A stretch of DNA of 64,000 bases from Phoronis australis (GCA_002633005.1 NMRA01000233.1:310001-374000); one strand, 5' to 3'; counted from the stretch's first letter, positions 51,788 through 64,000 are shown. Program-made: numbers and translations. The notes: a model not told the origin generated them from the sequence alone.

Positions 51788-51973
51788 CATGTTGTTGTAT
51801 TTGGTAGGATGAGAGATTTTAGGTTGTAGGTGAATGCTAGACATTATGTCATGCTGTTGTATTTGGTAAGATGAGTGATTTTAGGTTGTAGGTAAAGGCT
51901 AGACATCATGTCATGTTGTTGTATTTGGTAGGATAGGGGATATTAGGTTTTAAATGAAAGCTAGACATCATGT
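51788..51973. repeat. Three tandem 62-bp units inside the LINE endonuclease region
   Basis: Units start at 51788, 51850 and 51912: CATG(T/C)TGTTGTATTTGGTA...GCTAGACAT(T/C)ATGT. Confidence 0.85.
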
Positions 51974-53075
51974 CAAAGAAATCTTGAAATTGTAATTAAT
52001 TTTTAGTCGATCAATGTTGAGAACGCCGGCAATAATGAGTTCCTTGTTATTTGTGGCGGATTTGATGATGACATTCGTAAACTCATCTAAAAATAATTGC
52101 ATTTGTCTATTTGGAATTGCGGGGGGCTTGGAAATCTTTGCAATAGCTATATGTTTAATGTGTATTTTGATACGAGAGAGTAAACAATCATACTTATTAA
52201 AATTGTATGAGATGTGTTTTTATAAACACACAAGCCTTTAATGATGTACGTAACTAGACCACCATGAGTACTTCAATGAGTGGCCATAAAGTGTACGTCA
52301 CAGTTGTCGATATTGAATAGTGAATAGTCGTCAGTTGTTGACAACCATGATTCTTGTAGGCAGACGATATCGAAAAAAAAGTAATTGATTGTTTCGAAAT
52401 CACCAAGAAGGACTCCAAAGTATTTATTTTTGTTGCGCGAATGAATATTAACACTGACTAATTTGAGTTCATCTTTATGTAATTGTAAAATTTTTTTCAA
52501 ACTTTCAATACCGTAGTAGTTGGATTTGCTGATTTGAAACGCATTTTCGTCGTTTTCAATTTTAAGAGTATCGATTAAATTGTTTTTTTTTCATGTTGGC
52601 CAAGTAGCTTGTGTCCAGTAGTTGTTGGTTTTGTCAGTCATGAAATATTCATAAAGTTAAAAAACATGAATAGTCCTAGAAAATACAAATACACGGATAA
52701 CAAAGAAAAATACCAGCAAGAACAAAACAAGTAAATAACAGTTATAAATTGAAAACAGAACATATGAACAATACACTACGTACACAGACAGCGACGGATA
52801 TAATTCGTTTCACTTGGTATATAATATCATAATTGGTATAATTAATACAATAATTATAATATAATAATTGATAACATAATTGTAGTATGTACGGTAATGC
52901 TAACATACCTGTCAGAAATGATGTCCAAAGCCATGTCTAAACATTACACTGAGAGTACTAAACAGGGAGTGTGGACTGGGTCGGTGAGAACACCTGCAGA
53001 GCCTGGCACCAACACCATCAGGATACAGTCAAAACATTTTGCGTTGTGGTCAAAATGGACAGGACGAACATACAG

Positions 53076-53849
53076 CTAAATATACATAGACCCCGGAAAA
53101 AAGTTTACGCGTAGTCTAGTTATACAGTTGGGACAGTGTAACTTACGAACAATGTCGATGTTGAATGCTTTGAATATCTTGTCGTTGTTCAGCTTGATTT
53201 TATCTTCACAGTTTGTTGTCTGCGTTGGCTTCAGTATTCCTTGCTTTCTCAGTTGACGACATTTGAACAGTAGTTTCCTTTGTTGTTTCGTTAGGCTTTC
53301 TCTGACAAAAATGTTGTTTCCAATAGATTTCCTGTTTGTGTAGAATCTGTTCCTGGTGTTGAATCGTGCAAATTTCACAAAAATCTTGTTATTCGGTAGT
53401 CTATGAGATCGATCAATGTCTGATTTTGTGAGTGGTTCGTCGAGATCCATATTTTCAGCCAGTTGCAAAACGATATTGTCGGGGTTTTCATTCTCTGACT
53501 TGTTTACACCCGATATCATAAGACAGTTCCTACACGAGTACTGTTCAACATCCTTACAGATACCGTACAACTCCTCAGCCTTCCAGTCGTTTTGATTGAG
53601 TCTCTCCTTTATTTTTACGATTTCATTTTTTAGATCAGTAATTTCTTTATTCTTCTCGTTGACGATTTCTTCGATTTTCATCCCAAGACTAATACACAAT
53701 CCCTGAACCGCAAAGTCAGGGAATTGTTTCATCATGTCGTTGACTTGCTTACTTATTAAATTTTGTATTTTCTTCTCAAAGCCAGTTGATTGAAGAACTC
53801 CAAGAACTATGTCTATTGTTTCGGGAGGCATTTTTACCATTGTGTCCAA
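53076..53849 (-). CDS. LINE ORF1 protein (coiled coil + L1-type RRM/CTD)
   Basis: EQYSCRNCLMISGV...DIDRSHRL...IFVKFARF...FVRESLT motifs are typical of CR1/L2-group ORF1. Confidence 0.8.
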   Translation of the reverse strand: MDTMVKMPPETIDIVLGVLQSTGFEKKIQNLISKQVNDMMKQFPDFAVQGLCISLGMKIEEIVNEKNKEITDLKNEIVKIKERLNQNDWKAEELYGICKDVEQYSCRNCLMISGVNKSENENPDNIVLQLAENMDLDEPLTKSDIDRSHRLPNNKIFVKFARFNTRNRFYTNRKSIGNNIFVRESLTKQQRKLLFKCRQLRKQGILKPTQTTNCEDKIKLNNDKIFKAFNIDIVRKLHCPNCITRLRVNFFPGSMYI

Positions 53850-54680
53850 GTTGTTGTCGACAGCCCTGTCGCGATCTAGTTAACAAAAATTTAAATTTCC
53901 GTGTTTCTCCCATATATACATATACATATATATAGTGGGAGGGTGTAGGTCACGAGACCACTAACTGAAATAATATAAAATTAACTACGGTGCCACTTTA
54001 GAACACAATTTTACCCCCAACACGCTCTACATGCCCCTACCTAGGGGGTTGCGACGGGAGCGAGCGCACCCCCCCCCTTTCGGGATTTGAGGTCTGTCTT
54101 GGCAAGCCCAAGTTAATTCATGTTACCTGTGCTTTTTCGATTACCTCCGTAGCTCTGCGGCCTTATACGAACGCTGGTCACGAGCTTTATATGAACCCAG
54201 TAGGCGCACAGCAACCCAATACACAGGAGTCGGATGGGTCGCCCTGAATGTTAAGATCGTGAACGCAAAAGAGCAACACAAAAGCTGCAAATGTATCGAT
54301 TCGTTTTTACGAAGACAAAAGTCGAGTCCGTTAAACAAATTCACTTTCGCTCGTTTGAAACAGTTACAAGCCGCAGTTTTGCAAAATCATGCATTCATGA
54401 TTTAATGGTCCTTAAAGGCGAAGGCAACCTTTTTTCATGTCATTTTGAGCTAAAATAAGGTTGGTTGGTTATCCTAGACATATTTTCCACTTAATTATAG
54501 CTTTTTGTAATTTTGTTAATTACTCGTCCGCTACTCCGGAAGTGACGTTTTAGGAGGCAAGCATTTCGCGCCAATTTCTTTTCATATAGTGTGACTGTGA
54601 GAGCTGCCGACTCAGTCATTGTTCTACCTCGGTTGTGTTAAGTTCCGTCGTCGTTTGCTTTCATTTACTAGTCAGTCAAC

Positions 54681-55470
54681 ATGCCACACTGTTGCTGCGT
54701 ACCGGGATGTACAAATTATCGTCTCACGCGCGCTTTGGGAGTACCTTTGCATCGCTTTCCGATGGATGACACACTTCGCCGTACTTGGCTCGTTCGTGTG
54801 AAGAACGCAGCGTTACCCGTCCACGCAACGTACAAAGCAGTCGAGAATTACCGTGTGTGTGGCAAGCACTTTCTGCCGTCCGATTACGAAAGGGATTTGT
54901 ACGCTGAACTGATGAAGGTCCCTGCGAAACAACGCCTGAAGAAGGATGCCATTCCGTCTGTGTTGATTCCCGGCAGTGCCCCGTCGCCACCCCCGAGAAG
55001 TGCGTTTTTTAAGCGAGAAGCCTCGCGAGCTGTGGCCAGTACAGTGACTGGAGCCAGTGGAGGCACTTCATCTACTGTCACCCGTGCCTCCGAACGTACC
55101 CCAGAGCGTGCAATTCCTGGAACCAGTAGTGATTCGCCCTGTGCTGTTTTCTCCAGCCCAGAGCCTCTAAGCAGCCCTGCAGCGATATTGAGTAGTGGGA
55201 GTGATTACAGGCCCAGTTCGACACCCAGTGAAGAGGACAGTTCGTCGTCCAGTGAACAGATCGGTGAGCCAAACTTTGATAAGTTTATTGTGGACTTGTC
55301 TAAAGTGTTGGAGCTATTTAGAAGGTGCCAGGTGTGTGGCGAGGGAGTCACACGACACGATGTAAGCAGTTTGGGTGCTCAGGTCACCATCCAGTGGGAG
55401 TGTGTCGCGGGACACTCTGGCTAGTGGGACAGTTGTTCCTCTTTCCGTGGTATGCCGGAGGTCCACTTAA
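54681..55470 (+). pseudogene. Kolobok transposase N-terminus with THAP zinc finger; truncated
   Basis: MPHCCCVPGC...LHRFP...W...RVCGKHF...LKKDAIPS (THAP C2CH), then KFIVDLSKVLELFRRCQVC...WECVAGH. A TAG at 55422-24 is followed in frame by WDSCSSFRGMPEVHL. The DDE core is deleted. Confidence 0.85.
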
Positions 55471-55489
55471 CCGTGCCCAGTAGTGGCTT

Positions 55490-55768
55490 GGCCTCGTCGA
55501 ACAGCACAAGCATTCCATTAAGGTAGGCATAACAACGCACAAAGTGCATTAGCACCAAGATGTGTCACCACGTCTGTCCTCAATAGCCGCCTCGTTTCTC
55601 TCAACAGCTGTCTGTGCCTGTGCGTACTCTGCCTTCGTTATACTCGGGCTCAAACATGTACCCATCCACTGAATGTCCGTGAAAAAATTCCTCATCACCA
55701 CTGCTGTGAACAAGGTCTCCGTCACTCACACTACTGTCACTGTGATACGGGTCACCGACTCCAGCCAT
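55490..55768 (-). pseudogene. KolX / P2X7 C-terminal-like ORF fragment
   Basis: MAGVGD...DEE...GYMFEPEY, a frameshift, then EDRRGDTSWC*CTLCVVMPTLMECLCC, which is the Cys cluster of P2X7-ballast-like/KolX proteins. Confidence 0.8.
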
Positions 55769-56149
55769 TTTCAACTTACAACACACTAAACAATCCCTAA
55801 ATCCAACGTAGTTGAGTTCCCTACTAACCTATCTTGCCGCAGAATACTCGCCGATGGAAAGTGGTGGCGACAATTGTTGAAAAACAGCACGAAACAAAAG
55901 TAGAATAGAACAGATTCGCACGGTAAACTCGACGCAAAACCAAGTGGCGGGAAATGCTTGCCTCCTAAAACGTCACTTCTGGAGTAGCGGACGAGTAGTT
56001 AATAAAATTACGAAAAGCTGTAATTAAGTGGAAAGTATGTCTAGGATAACCAACCAACCTTATTTTAGCTCAAAATGACATGAACAAAGGTTGCCTTCGC
56101 CTTTAATAAAACAGACGACAAACCTGACGAGGTTATGAGCAAAAGTAAA

Positions 56150-56460
56150 ACCGCTACCAACAAACGATGAGTCATCTCCAGCCTGATGGTAACTTTGCGT
56201 TTGACAGTAGTTTAAGCGGTGGGTGTAACCGATCTTTTCAGCGAAATTGGCTTTCGTCATTTTTGTGGCTAGCGTACAGTCCGTCGCTGGATGCTGTACT
56301 TTTCCATTACTGTGCTTTATTTTTGCACATTGAAACGCGAACGTTTCAGTGGACTTGTAAATCGACCGTTATATTGAAACGCGTAAGTTTCGGTGGACTT
56401 GTCAATCGTTTACAAATGGTATAAATTGGGCCAAAGTCATATGCTGTGTACGGGCATGCT
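56150..56460 (+). pseudogene. hAT transposase N-terminal TTF-type zinc-finger remnant
   Basis: RSFQRNWLSSFLWLAYSPSLDAVLFHYCALF...LVN(R)...KWYK resembles ZnF_TTF/ZMYM1-like hAT N-termini. Confidence 0.55.
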
Positions 56461-57289
56461 CTCCTTTTCACAAAGGCTAGTTCCGTATGTAGCTCTTGAT
56501 GAAATCAGTGTCCAGGTTGTAAATAACAGCATACAATCTTTCAAGTTAGAGACCACTATCATATAAAGATCGCAGGTCAGGGCAGGGAACAAAAACATGA
56601 AGAATTTCTGTTCGAATCCTCTTCCTGTCTAGATTTTTGACATACTAATGCCTGGCAGACGTTCATATCAATAAACCTAGTAAGATGAAACGTATTAAGG
56701 AGGAGGTTTGTAAAACCAATATTTTGGCGACGCAGTCGCAGTGCAATCTTCTTCGCGTATGGAATGGAAACAGTAAATGCTACCCCACAAATTGTTAAAT
56801 CTATCCCATAAATCAACATTCCAGCCTCAATAACATCTATGGCCGCCATTTTGCTAGGTTGAGCTAGTAATTTTTTGCAGAATGACGGCTGGAATTTGCA
56901 CATTTAAAAATTTGCTCAATGGTTGCGAGTGGACACCCGCATGAAACCTGATTACCTATTGTTAGGCTACCTCAAACAGCCAATTCAAATTTTATCCGTC
57001 AAATTCAGGTTAAGTAAAAAACAGTCCTTGTTTCCCGAACTCGTACAACTTAAGATCAGGCTGAATAAGCTGACTCGCGCTAAGAAAGGCCTCAATCAAT
57101 GACGAAGTGCCTATCCTTCTCAAGCCCAGAGGTCTAAATGTAAAGTTGCGAGTGTTAACAGCATATTAATTTCGAACTTGCAATTGGGCCGGTAGGTATG
57201 GATGACGTGTAGCAATTCACGGATTAAAGTACGATGTTATGTCGCCTGCGCATTTGGGTGTTCCCCCATCAAAAACACCGGAAACTCAC

Positions 57290-60200
57290 CTCGTTTACGT
57301 TGGGGTTCTTCCATCAAACGCTGTGGAGCAAGTTCTGGAACACAAATAAATAGCTGAAAAAATCATACCGACTGTATGAATATGGTGAAAAGACAAACAC
57401 AAGTGAATGTAATGCCAGGAACATGTTGTTCCCGGAACTTCTTCCCAAAAACAAAATCAAGGAATGGCGCATAATTTAATTCTCCAAGTTTCAGTTTAGC
57501 ACACGTTTGCACACTTACGTTTCTTTTGTTTGGTTCGTTTATCTTTTGACTCCTTTTTTCGTTTCTCCTGTTTCCTCTTTTTATTCGCTTTCCGCTTCAT
57601 CTGTTCCACCTGTCGAAGTACACTTTTCTCATCCCGTTTGCAGTTGACTTTTCTTGCCCTCACGCACTTGCATCGTTTAAGACTGAACCTCTTTCTCCCA
57701 GGACATTTGAAAATCCTTCCATCAAAACGGAATTTTTGGCACTTTTCACCCGGGATAAGCTCCACTAGCTTGCCGTTCTTTCCCTTGCACTGCGGTCCTG
57801 TTGAAAAGATATGTAGGCAATGACGACGTTGGAACGATATACGAACGAATACAAATCAACTTCAATGCAATTCTTGGAACTGCCAAATTATCATGTACCA
57901 AAATATTATCGTTCCCGTTCACGATTAGTTAATCTACCCACGAAGAGATGCTAAGTGTCAATAGGTCAAAACACGTTTTTAAATGATGCTTTTCAACGCT
58001 GCATTATTTTTTAAAACGAAAGAATATTCATACACGCCTTTAACTTCATTGTTTTATTGTGTGGTCGTGCACCAACAAAACTGCTGCCACAGCTGAATGA
58101 AACAATTTGCTTACACGATTTGTATAAATGAACTCGATAGAAACAAATACAGGGTAGAAGTTCGCATTATAGAGACATCGTTTAGTAATTGAGACTCATA
58201 TTATGTTCTTTACTGTGGTGAACGAAGCAAATACGTTGCATCGCTACCCTGCAATGGCAGTTCTGAAGTAAGTGCGGAAATAAGTGCGGAACTTCAAAGA
58301 TTTGAAGTGTATTATTGAAACGTTTCACTGTCCAAGAGCTTTTTCGCGCGACGTAGCACCAAAGAATTTAATTCGTGTACTTTGCCTGATAGTGATGCTG
58401 ATTACTTTGGAAAAGCGTACATGGTGTCCATGGGAAATTTATTATTACATAAACATAGAACTTTGTATATGAGTGGTTCAGTCTAGGGTAGGAATTGTCT
58501 GCAGTCGGCGCTCATTACCAGCTCCAAAACCTATCTGTACTTTGCTTTACAATGCTCACCTTGTGGTAGGACATAAACGGCAATTTCGGCCTCAGCGTCA
58601 TAGTAAATATAGGAGAACATTATACATAAATGAATGAAGGGGATTTTTGGCACTCCTGAGTTATATATTGTCAAAGGTGATAATTACTTCGATTGTATTT
58701 ATTATTCTAAAAGAGGCAGGTCAGGGCTTGGAATAAAAGAGGTAGAATTTTTGTTCTTTTTGTCTAGATTTTGACACACTCTAGCATCACGGAAACTGAC
58801 TAATATACCCTGACTACTGTCCAAAAAAGGACGCGTTTCGTGCATACAAGATGGTGATTCAGTTGATGGCACAATATTATAACTAGTACACATGGCTTTT
58901 TGTTTAAACGAGAGGTTTACACCATGGGAGCTGGGGAAAGTGCTGAAAATAAAGTTCGGTAAATTAAATGGCATTTTGGAAAGACTAACTCACCTGTTGT
59001 TTTAACATAGCGAGCAACGCAAAAACTACTTAATGCAATTTCTCAGTACCACCCAAAAGAAATTAAAGATGAACACGAAGTCACGTGATTATTCATTAAG
59101 GTTGCGTTGTAAATTTACTAATTTTCCTTGCTTGTTCGAGCCTCTTCGATTTTTTTCCATTTTAGAATTTTAGAGACAACTATAAAAAAGGTATTGCAGC
59201 GGACCAATTTTAACCGTTAATATCAACTATAAGCAGTGTGGTCAAATTTTAATTTTACTACAGTGCCATGGGTTTTAACAATCCATAAAGTCCGCGTGTC
59301 ATTAAAAGTGTATTTCTAAAAATGACCACTTTTGATAACATTTCCCTTCCAGACATAATAACACAGTTGCATTTCGAAACTTCTCTAACAGAATTTTCAC
59401 AAGTCCTCACTCGTAAGATTATTTGCTGGATATGGCAATGTCTGTAATGCCGAGTTGTGAGCTCTTTAGTTCTAGGAACCAATTTTAAAGCCACAAAGCA
59501 GTCCACAGATAGCATTTCTTCAAATCCTGGGCTCTACAAAGTAGTTGCGTAAGAGTTATGCTTCGATGTCACAATGTTCAAATTATGATAAACATTTGAT
59601 GAGAAACAAATCTCATTATGGGGATGCTGTTGCTACGAGTACGCAAGGTTGTCAGGTCGCCAGGAAAGTCGGAAGATTAAACGAAACCTACCTTTCTTCG
59701 TTGTTTTTTGAATCATGTTGGCCGGAGCTTGTTCTGAAATGTGTAAACAAGACGAAGATCAAACAGTTTGTTCCCATTACTAATTAAAATTACCGTGAGA
59801 GTTATTCACTTTGAATTTTGAAAGAATTTCTAGGAAAAAATCGTCAGATTCGCTATTTTTGATACACAGTCGAAATGTAAACTCTTTCATCCCAATGTAG
59901 TTTTCAAATTTTCCGCTCCTAATAATATATATGAACGCATGCGCTCAAAGAATTGCCCAGTAAACATTCCCAAAGTGAAAAATAGCCATTGTTTTGTTTA
60001 CATCAAAGGTCAAAGGTCACATTGTCCATATAAAGGAAATTGCTCTGTCTTGCCAAATAAGGAGACGTGCTTTGCCTTGTGGCAGAAAAATCGACAAAGT
60101 AACGAGCAGATCGTTTTTACTGAAATTTTAAACTAAAGGAAAAATGCTTTGACATCAACAGAAATACAAAATCTTTACGAACAAACCGTTATTTACCTGG

Positions 60201-63200
60201 TGAACAATTTGACTTTTGTTTCAGCGGCAAAGACCGATTTTGAATAATGCAATTCAGCCTGTTTTTCGCGTTCTAAGTCACTTTAAGATTGCTTCAACTG
60301 ATGGTCAATGTAAATTACACTTGTTATACCAGTAAGAACGTGTGTACTCTGGGGGCTGAAGTGAATGTTTTCTGTTATAGCTGCATCGATCACTGCATAG
60401 CTGGTGATAAAATCGGACTAATAGTATTCCTTACCGAGTTAGGTTTCTATTTCAGTTACCAAGATGAGCATCAGAACTATTGGTAACACAAGGAAGCTTT
60501 TCAAAGTTTAGTGGGGTTGGCTAACCCTAAAATTGCGCATTCAAAGGTGGCGCATGTACACATTACATGTACCTGTAACTTAAGTTTCCGACTCATTCGC
60601 CAGCAATTCAAGATGGGATAAACTTGGTAAGTGTACAATAAGGACAGCTTACAAACACTAGCGAAATGCAGCTTTTAAGGCAAAACCTTCTTTCCAGGTG
60701 GGATACATGTGGTCACATAATAACAGTTTACCACCTTACTTTGTTGTCCCCCTTTCTGAACCGGTTTCTTTTTCTTCTGGAGTCTTTTTCGAAGAGCCTG
60801 TTGGTATCTCTGTTGTAGCCTGCTTTTTCGTTTCCCCGCTTTAGCCTTCTGTCTCCGTCGCCATCTTTCCATTCTCTTCCTTTTTCGCTCCTGTCGTTTC
60901 TTGATTTTTCTCTGTTGTCTCTCACGTCTCTTCCGCGCCCTCTCCTCCCTTCGCGCCTTTTTACTCGACTTTACTTTCAACCGTTTCTTCTCTTTTTCAG
61001 TCATCTTCTTTGCTGGGGCAGGTTCGTGTACTTTCATGGCCAAGTTTTGTGGTTTTAATATCACGGGATCACCTCCTTGGGTTACAACTTTCTGAGCTAA
61101 ATAAAGAAAGGTGAACGCGTATATCGCATTGTTTATCCTATACGTAATTCAGTAAGTTGGTGATTACAGTTTGATTTAAACAGTAACCAGAAGAAAACAA
61201 CATAATTAGCTCATGTAAAACAATCTTCCAGAAAATTTCAATTAATGAGGCCTCCAGCTAAAACTGAGACACATAACGCCTCAAATATTGGACAAAGTGT
61301 TTCTTTCAAAAAGATTTTGCTGGTAAATGGTCAAACATGGGACCAAATAGAACAAGATCCATATAAAGAAGGTTGCTCATAAATTGGCGCTTAGACGAAT
61401 GGACGTGTGGACAAACAGTGTTGGTGTTTTTGAGAAAACCTGCAAAATGTGACAATGTTGGCGAATCGACTTTCACCTCTGACAACCATAATTATCGTAC
61501 GTGACAATATGGTTGATTTAAGAATCGCTATCTGTTCATTATACCTCAGAACCGTTTCTTTTACTTGGTGCCAGTGGTCGATCTTGCTTCGGTGGGTCCC
61601 ATGTAAACACACAGGAAATTTAGCCTAGATATTGGGGGTATTCTCAATTCATAGGGAATCAAATGAGCGACATTGAAAATAGTACTTTTCCCAGAATTAA
61701 CTTAGGTTTTCTGAAGTTGGAATTGCTATTGTCTTTCTTACAATCTGAATTACATTGGAGAAATGTCTCATTTTTGCAAAATACCTTCTAAGCTATCTCA
61801 CATGGTTTCTGATTGTCCCCGAATACGCACGCACTAGCGAATTCCTTACTTCCTTGCTACGCAAGCTGTGAAAACGTTCTACCAGTGAGGGAGGGTACCG
61901 GAAGCTCCGAACTGAATCTTACCGAAGGACGCAAGGGACCTCTTATTTAGCTTCTAAATCCGACATAAGGGTCAAATTTAAGTAAACAGTACGAAATGAT
62001 AACTCAATAGAAACTGTTTCGTCTATCTAATTGTGTTACATGGCTATGCGTTTCACAAAACAATTTGACACCATTTTTACAGAGGAGTCATGCGCGCACT
62101 CAGGGGGGCTCAGGGGGGCTCCAACAACCCCCTTCCCCCTATTTGGCGGTGTGGGCAAAAATGGCCGCCACAGAGAAACAATAACTGCAAAAAAGTTAGG
62201 AAACAAGACAAAAGTCCACTAAAAAGGCAAGAATAACCAAAATTCTGCGAAATCACAATTCATAGCTCTGAACTTACTCCGTGAATCTTAATAAAAGGTC
62301 CAAATTCTCGAAATTCGAGGCCCCCCCTTTTTAGGCTGTGTGCATCACCAGAAATTCGTGAACTAGGCCATCCGCAAGGTGGCGATCGTCGTGTAAGTGT
62401 TAGCCAATCACAGCCTAGGTCAGAGGTCAGTTCCCTTGTTTTGCTATTTACACTCACTAAGGAGGTGATCGACAAGAATTGAAATTAACTTGAAAGTTTG
62501 GTGGAATGTGATATTGATATCACAGAATCTAAACTACCGAAGCACGTCGAGACTGTGGGCGAGGAATTTCGGCAAGGTGAACGTGTCAAAGCTTGAGGAA
62601 AATCGAAAACAGTGAGTATAAANACACCGAAAAATCTTCACCAATCTCTCCAATATTCAGCATAATGAATCCTTAGGGCTATGTTTTTCTCGCTAGCTAT
62701 CGGCAAATTGCAGAGTTGTCTCCCCTAAATCAAAATTCCTCGGAAAACCCCTTCTTGTGTGCATTTCTGTGGGGGAATAGTTAGCTGCTGGCTGCGCATG
62801 CGCACTGCCTATGTCAGATATTTCTGGCGTTGGCGCGCATGAGAGTTGTTCAACGTGAACCACTTTTCCAAAACACAGCTTCATTTCCCCCATCCGAGTA
62901 CAAAATGTTTGGGGATTGGTCTAAGAATCTTGCAGATTTTTCTTTGAATTTTATCTTATTTTGGAATGATATCTCCATCACAACTGTGTTCGTCAAAACT
63001 TCGAAGCTTTTGCATGGTTCCGCCCACAGTTGCCGGTTTCATAAAATATACTAGGCTGTGATTGGTGAAACACCTTGATCTATCACTTACGGAAGCAGCC
63101 TCTGACACCGTTCTTTACGACACAAGCGTTGTTTTCAATGCATGCCTCCAACTTCGTTTCACACAAAACCCGCGAATTCTTAGTAGCTCCCTTGGAGCAC

Positions 63201-63284
63201 GTTCGTGAGTACAAACAGTCTGTAGACACTCTCGTCTCGCCAAGCTGTAAACACAGAACAGTATTAATAGCGAGCAATAGCCTC
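57290..63284 (-). CDS. Uncharacterised, probably secreted, highly basic modular protein (6-Cys domain, K/R tracts, variant chitin-binding type-2 domain); partial model
   Basis: Phase-compatible exons: 63284-63091 (RLLLAINTVLCLQLG...DCLYSRTC...LC...AC...AC...GCF, donor GTAAGT), 61096-60740 (K/R-rich, donor GTAAGG), 58655-58560 (donor GTGAGC), 57797-57519 (CKGKNGK...CQKFRFDG...CPGRKRFSLKRCKCVRARKVNC plus K/R tail, donor GTAAGT), 57334-57290 (donor GTGAGT). Start and final exons unresolved. Confidence 0.6.
62089..62345 (+). mobile_element. MITE family A, copy 4
   Basis: CATGCGCGCACTCAGGGGGGCTC...ACAAAAGTCCACTAA...AAATTCGAGGCCCC...GCTGTGTGCAT. Confidence 0.75.
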
Positions 63285-63379
63285 CTGAAGAACAGCAGTG
63301 GCAAATCAACACCATCTATACTTCCCAATATCCCCAGACGACACCCGTTTCACCTTAACATATACCCTCACGTCCTTTG

Positions 63380-63423
<44 letters not shown>

Positions 63424-63496
63424 GTGTATGTGTATGTGTATGTGTATGTATATATATGTATGTATGTATGTATATGTATATGTATATGTATATATA
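63380..63496. repeat. Compound microsatellite (CA)n(TA)n(TATGTG)n(TATG)n
   Basis: Directly visible. Confidence 0.95.
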
Positions 63497-64000
63497 CAAC
63501 CCTGTTGGCGACAGTTTTAACTCGGTCTTTTGGTTGGTTGGTTTGGTACGTCCATATGAAGGTAAACATTATTGGGGAGAGGGCATAAAACTAATTCGAC
63601 TTCGCCAGCTTCGGCTGTGAAATCTGATGAAGTACGTGGAGAAACAGCATTCATCTCGAAAAGAATAGATGGAACAACGTGTCGGAAACTACGGTTATAG
63701 TTTGTCTATTTCCGAGAGTAAAAATGAGGCCCAGGTTTGCTGAAATTTCTCTTATGAGGTACATTTTAAAAGAGTGTGATTACGCAGTCTTTTCAAAATC
63801 CCTTGATAGATATTGGCACCTGAGTTTCTAGAGGTTAACCACATTTCATCATCCAACGTCAAAATTCACCACAACACCAATTATTATTATTTCAGATTGG
63901 CAAAAATCCGATAGTGCACTTTGCTTTTCAGGGTAGGATGATAGAGATGTACCCGAATTTCAGCCTGCATCGAAGCTCAGCGAGGTATCATCAGTTCTTT

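Larger units (their letters stand above)
49340..53905 (-). mobile_element. Near-full-length decayed CR1/L2-group LINE (ORF1 + ORF2 endonuclease and RT)
   Basis: ORF1 at 53849-53076. EN: LKLVSVNIHS, DIVCLQESWL, IAGV. RT: PIYKGS...NNYRL, QYGFQKLRST, DLSKAF, SILGPLLFLIYVNDL, YDDDT. (TAAA)n tail at ~49345. Many frameshifts in ORF2. Confidence 0.9.
54416..56102. mobile_element. Internally deleted Kolobok DNA transposon
   Basis: TTAA on both flanks (54412-15, 56103-06); termini AGGCGAAGGCAACC / GGTTGCCTTCGCCT; ~158-bp TIRs (54416-54573, 55945-56102); convergent THAP-transposase and KolX fragments inside. Confidence 0.9.

Noticed and set aside
57496-57518. Stop at 57496 (and 48023) as the true end of the chitin-binding-like protein
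   Set aside because: A perfect GTAAGT donor precedes it in both copies and a conserved downstream exon exists, so read-through into the intron is the less likely form.
58994-60272. Two extra small candidate exons (~60272-60197 and ~59025-58994) that would keep frame in the basic-protein gene
   Set aside because: Donors are good but acceptors lack pyrimidine tracts, and the model is in frame without them; left out pending RNA data.
63298-63588. ORFs made of HT/YI/YV repeats (also 8013-8201 and 49225-49407)
   Set aside because: These are translations of microsatellites.

Overview
Eukaryotic, intron-rich and TE-rich DNA, most likely from a marine invertebrate (inferred from the repeat families; the taxon cannot be fixed from sequence alone). 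Two intact host genes can be reconstructed exon by exon. One is an 8-exon IPNS-like 2OG-Fe(II) dioxygenase (+, 25516-33963, 309 aa). The other is a 5-exon GH31 lysosomal-type alpha-glucosidase (-, 41180-35313, 925 aa) with one 1968-nt exon. They lie tail-to-tail. Two unannotated genes are also visible. The first is a small Cys-rich protein (+, exons 18417-18524 and 19815-19957). The second is a minus-strand, probably secreted protein (63284 to 57290 or beyond) with a 6-Cys domain, very Lys/Arg-rich tracts and a variant chitin-binding type-2 domain; its 3-exon module is duplicated at 49111-47775. TE content: two decayed Ty3/Gypsy elements (one interrupted by a TA-flanked TIR element), a near-full-length decayed CR1/L2-type LINE, an RTEX-like LINE fragment, an internally deleted Kolobok transposon (TTAA TSD, 158-bp TIRs, THAP transposase plus P2X7-like KolX), a second KolX fragment, Helentron-associated (HINE-like) elements, several MITE families and microsatellites. 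All gene models were read by eye from GT-AG signals and phase consistency; there is no transcript evidence.
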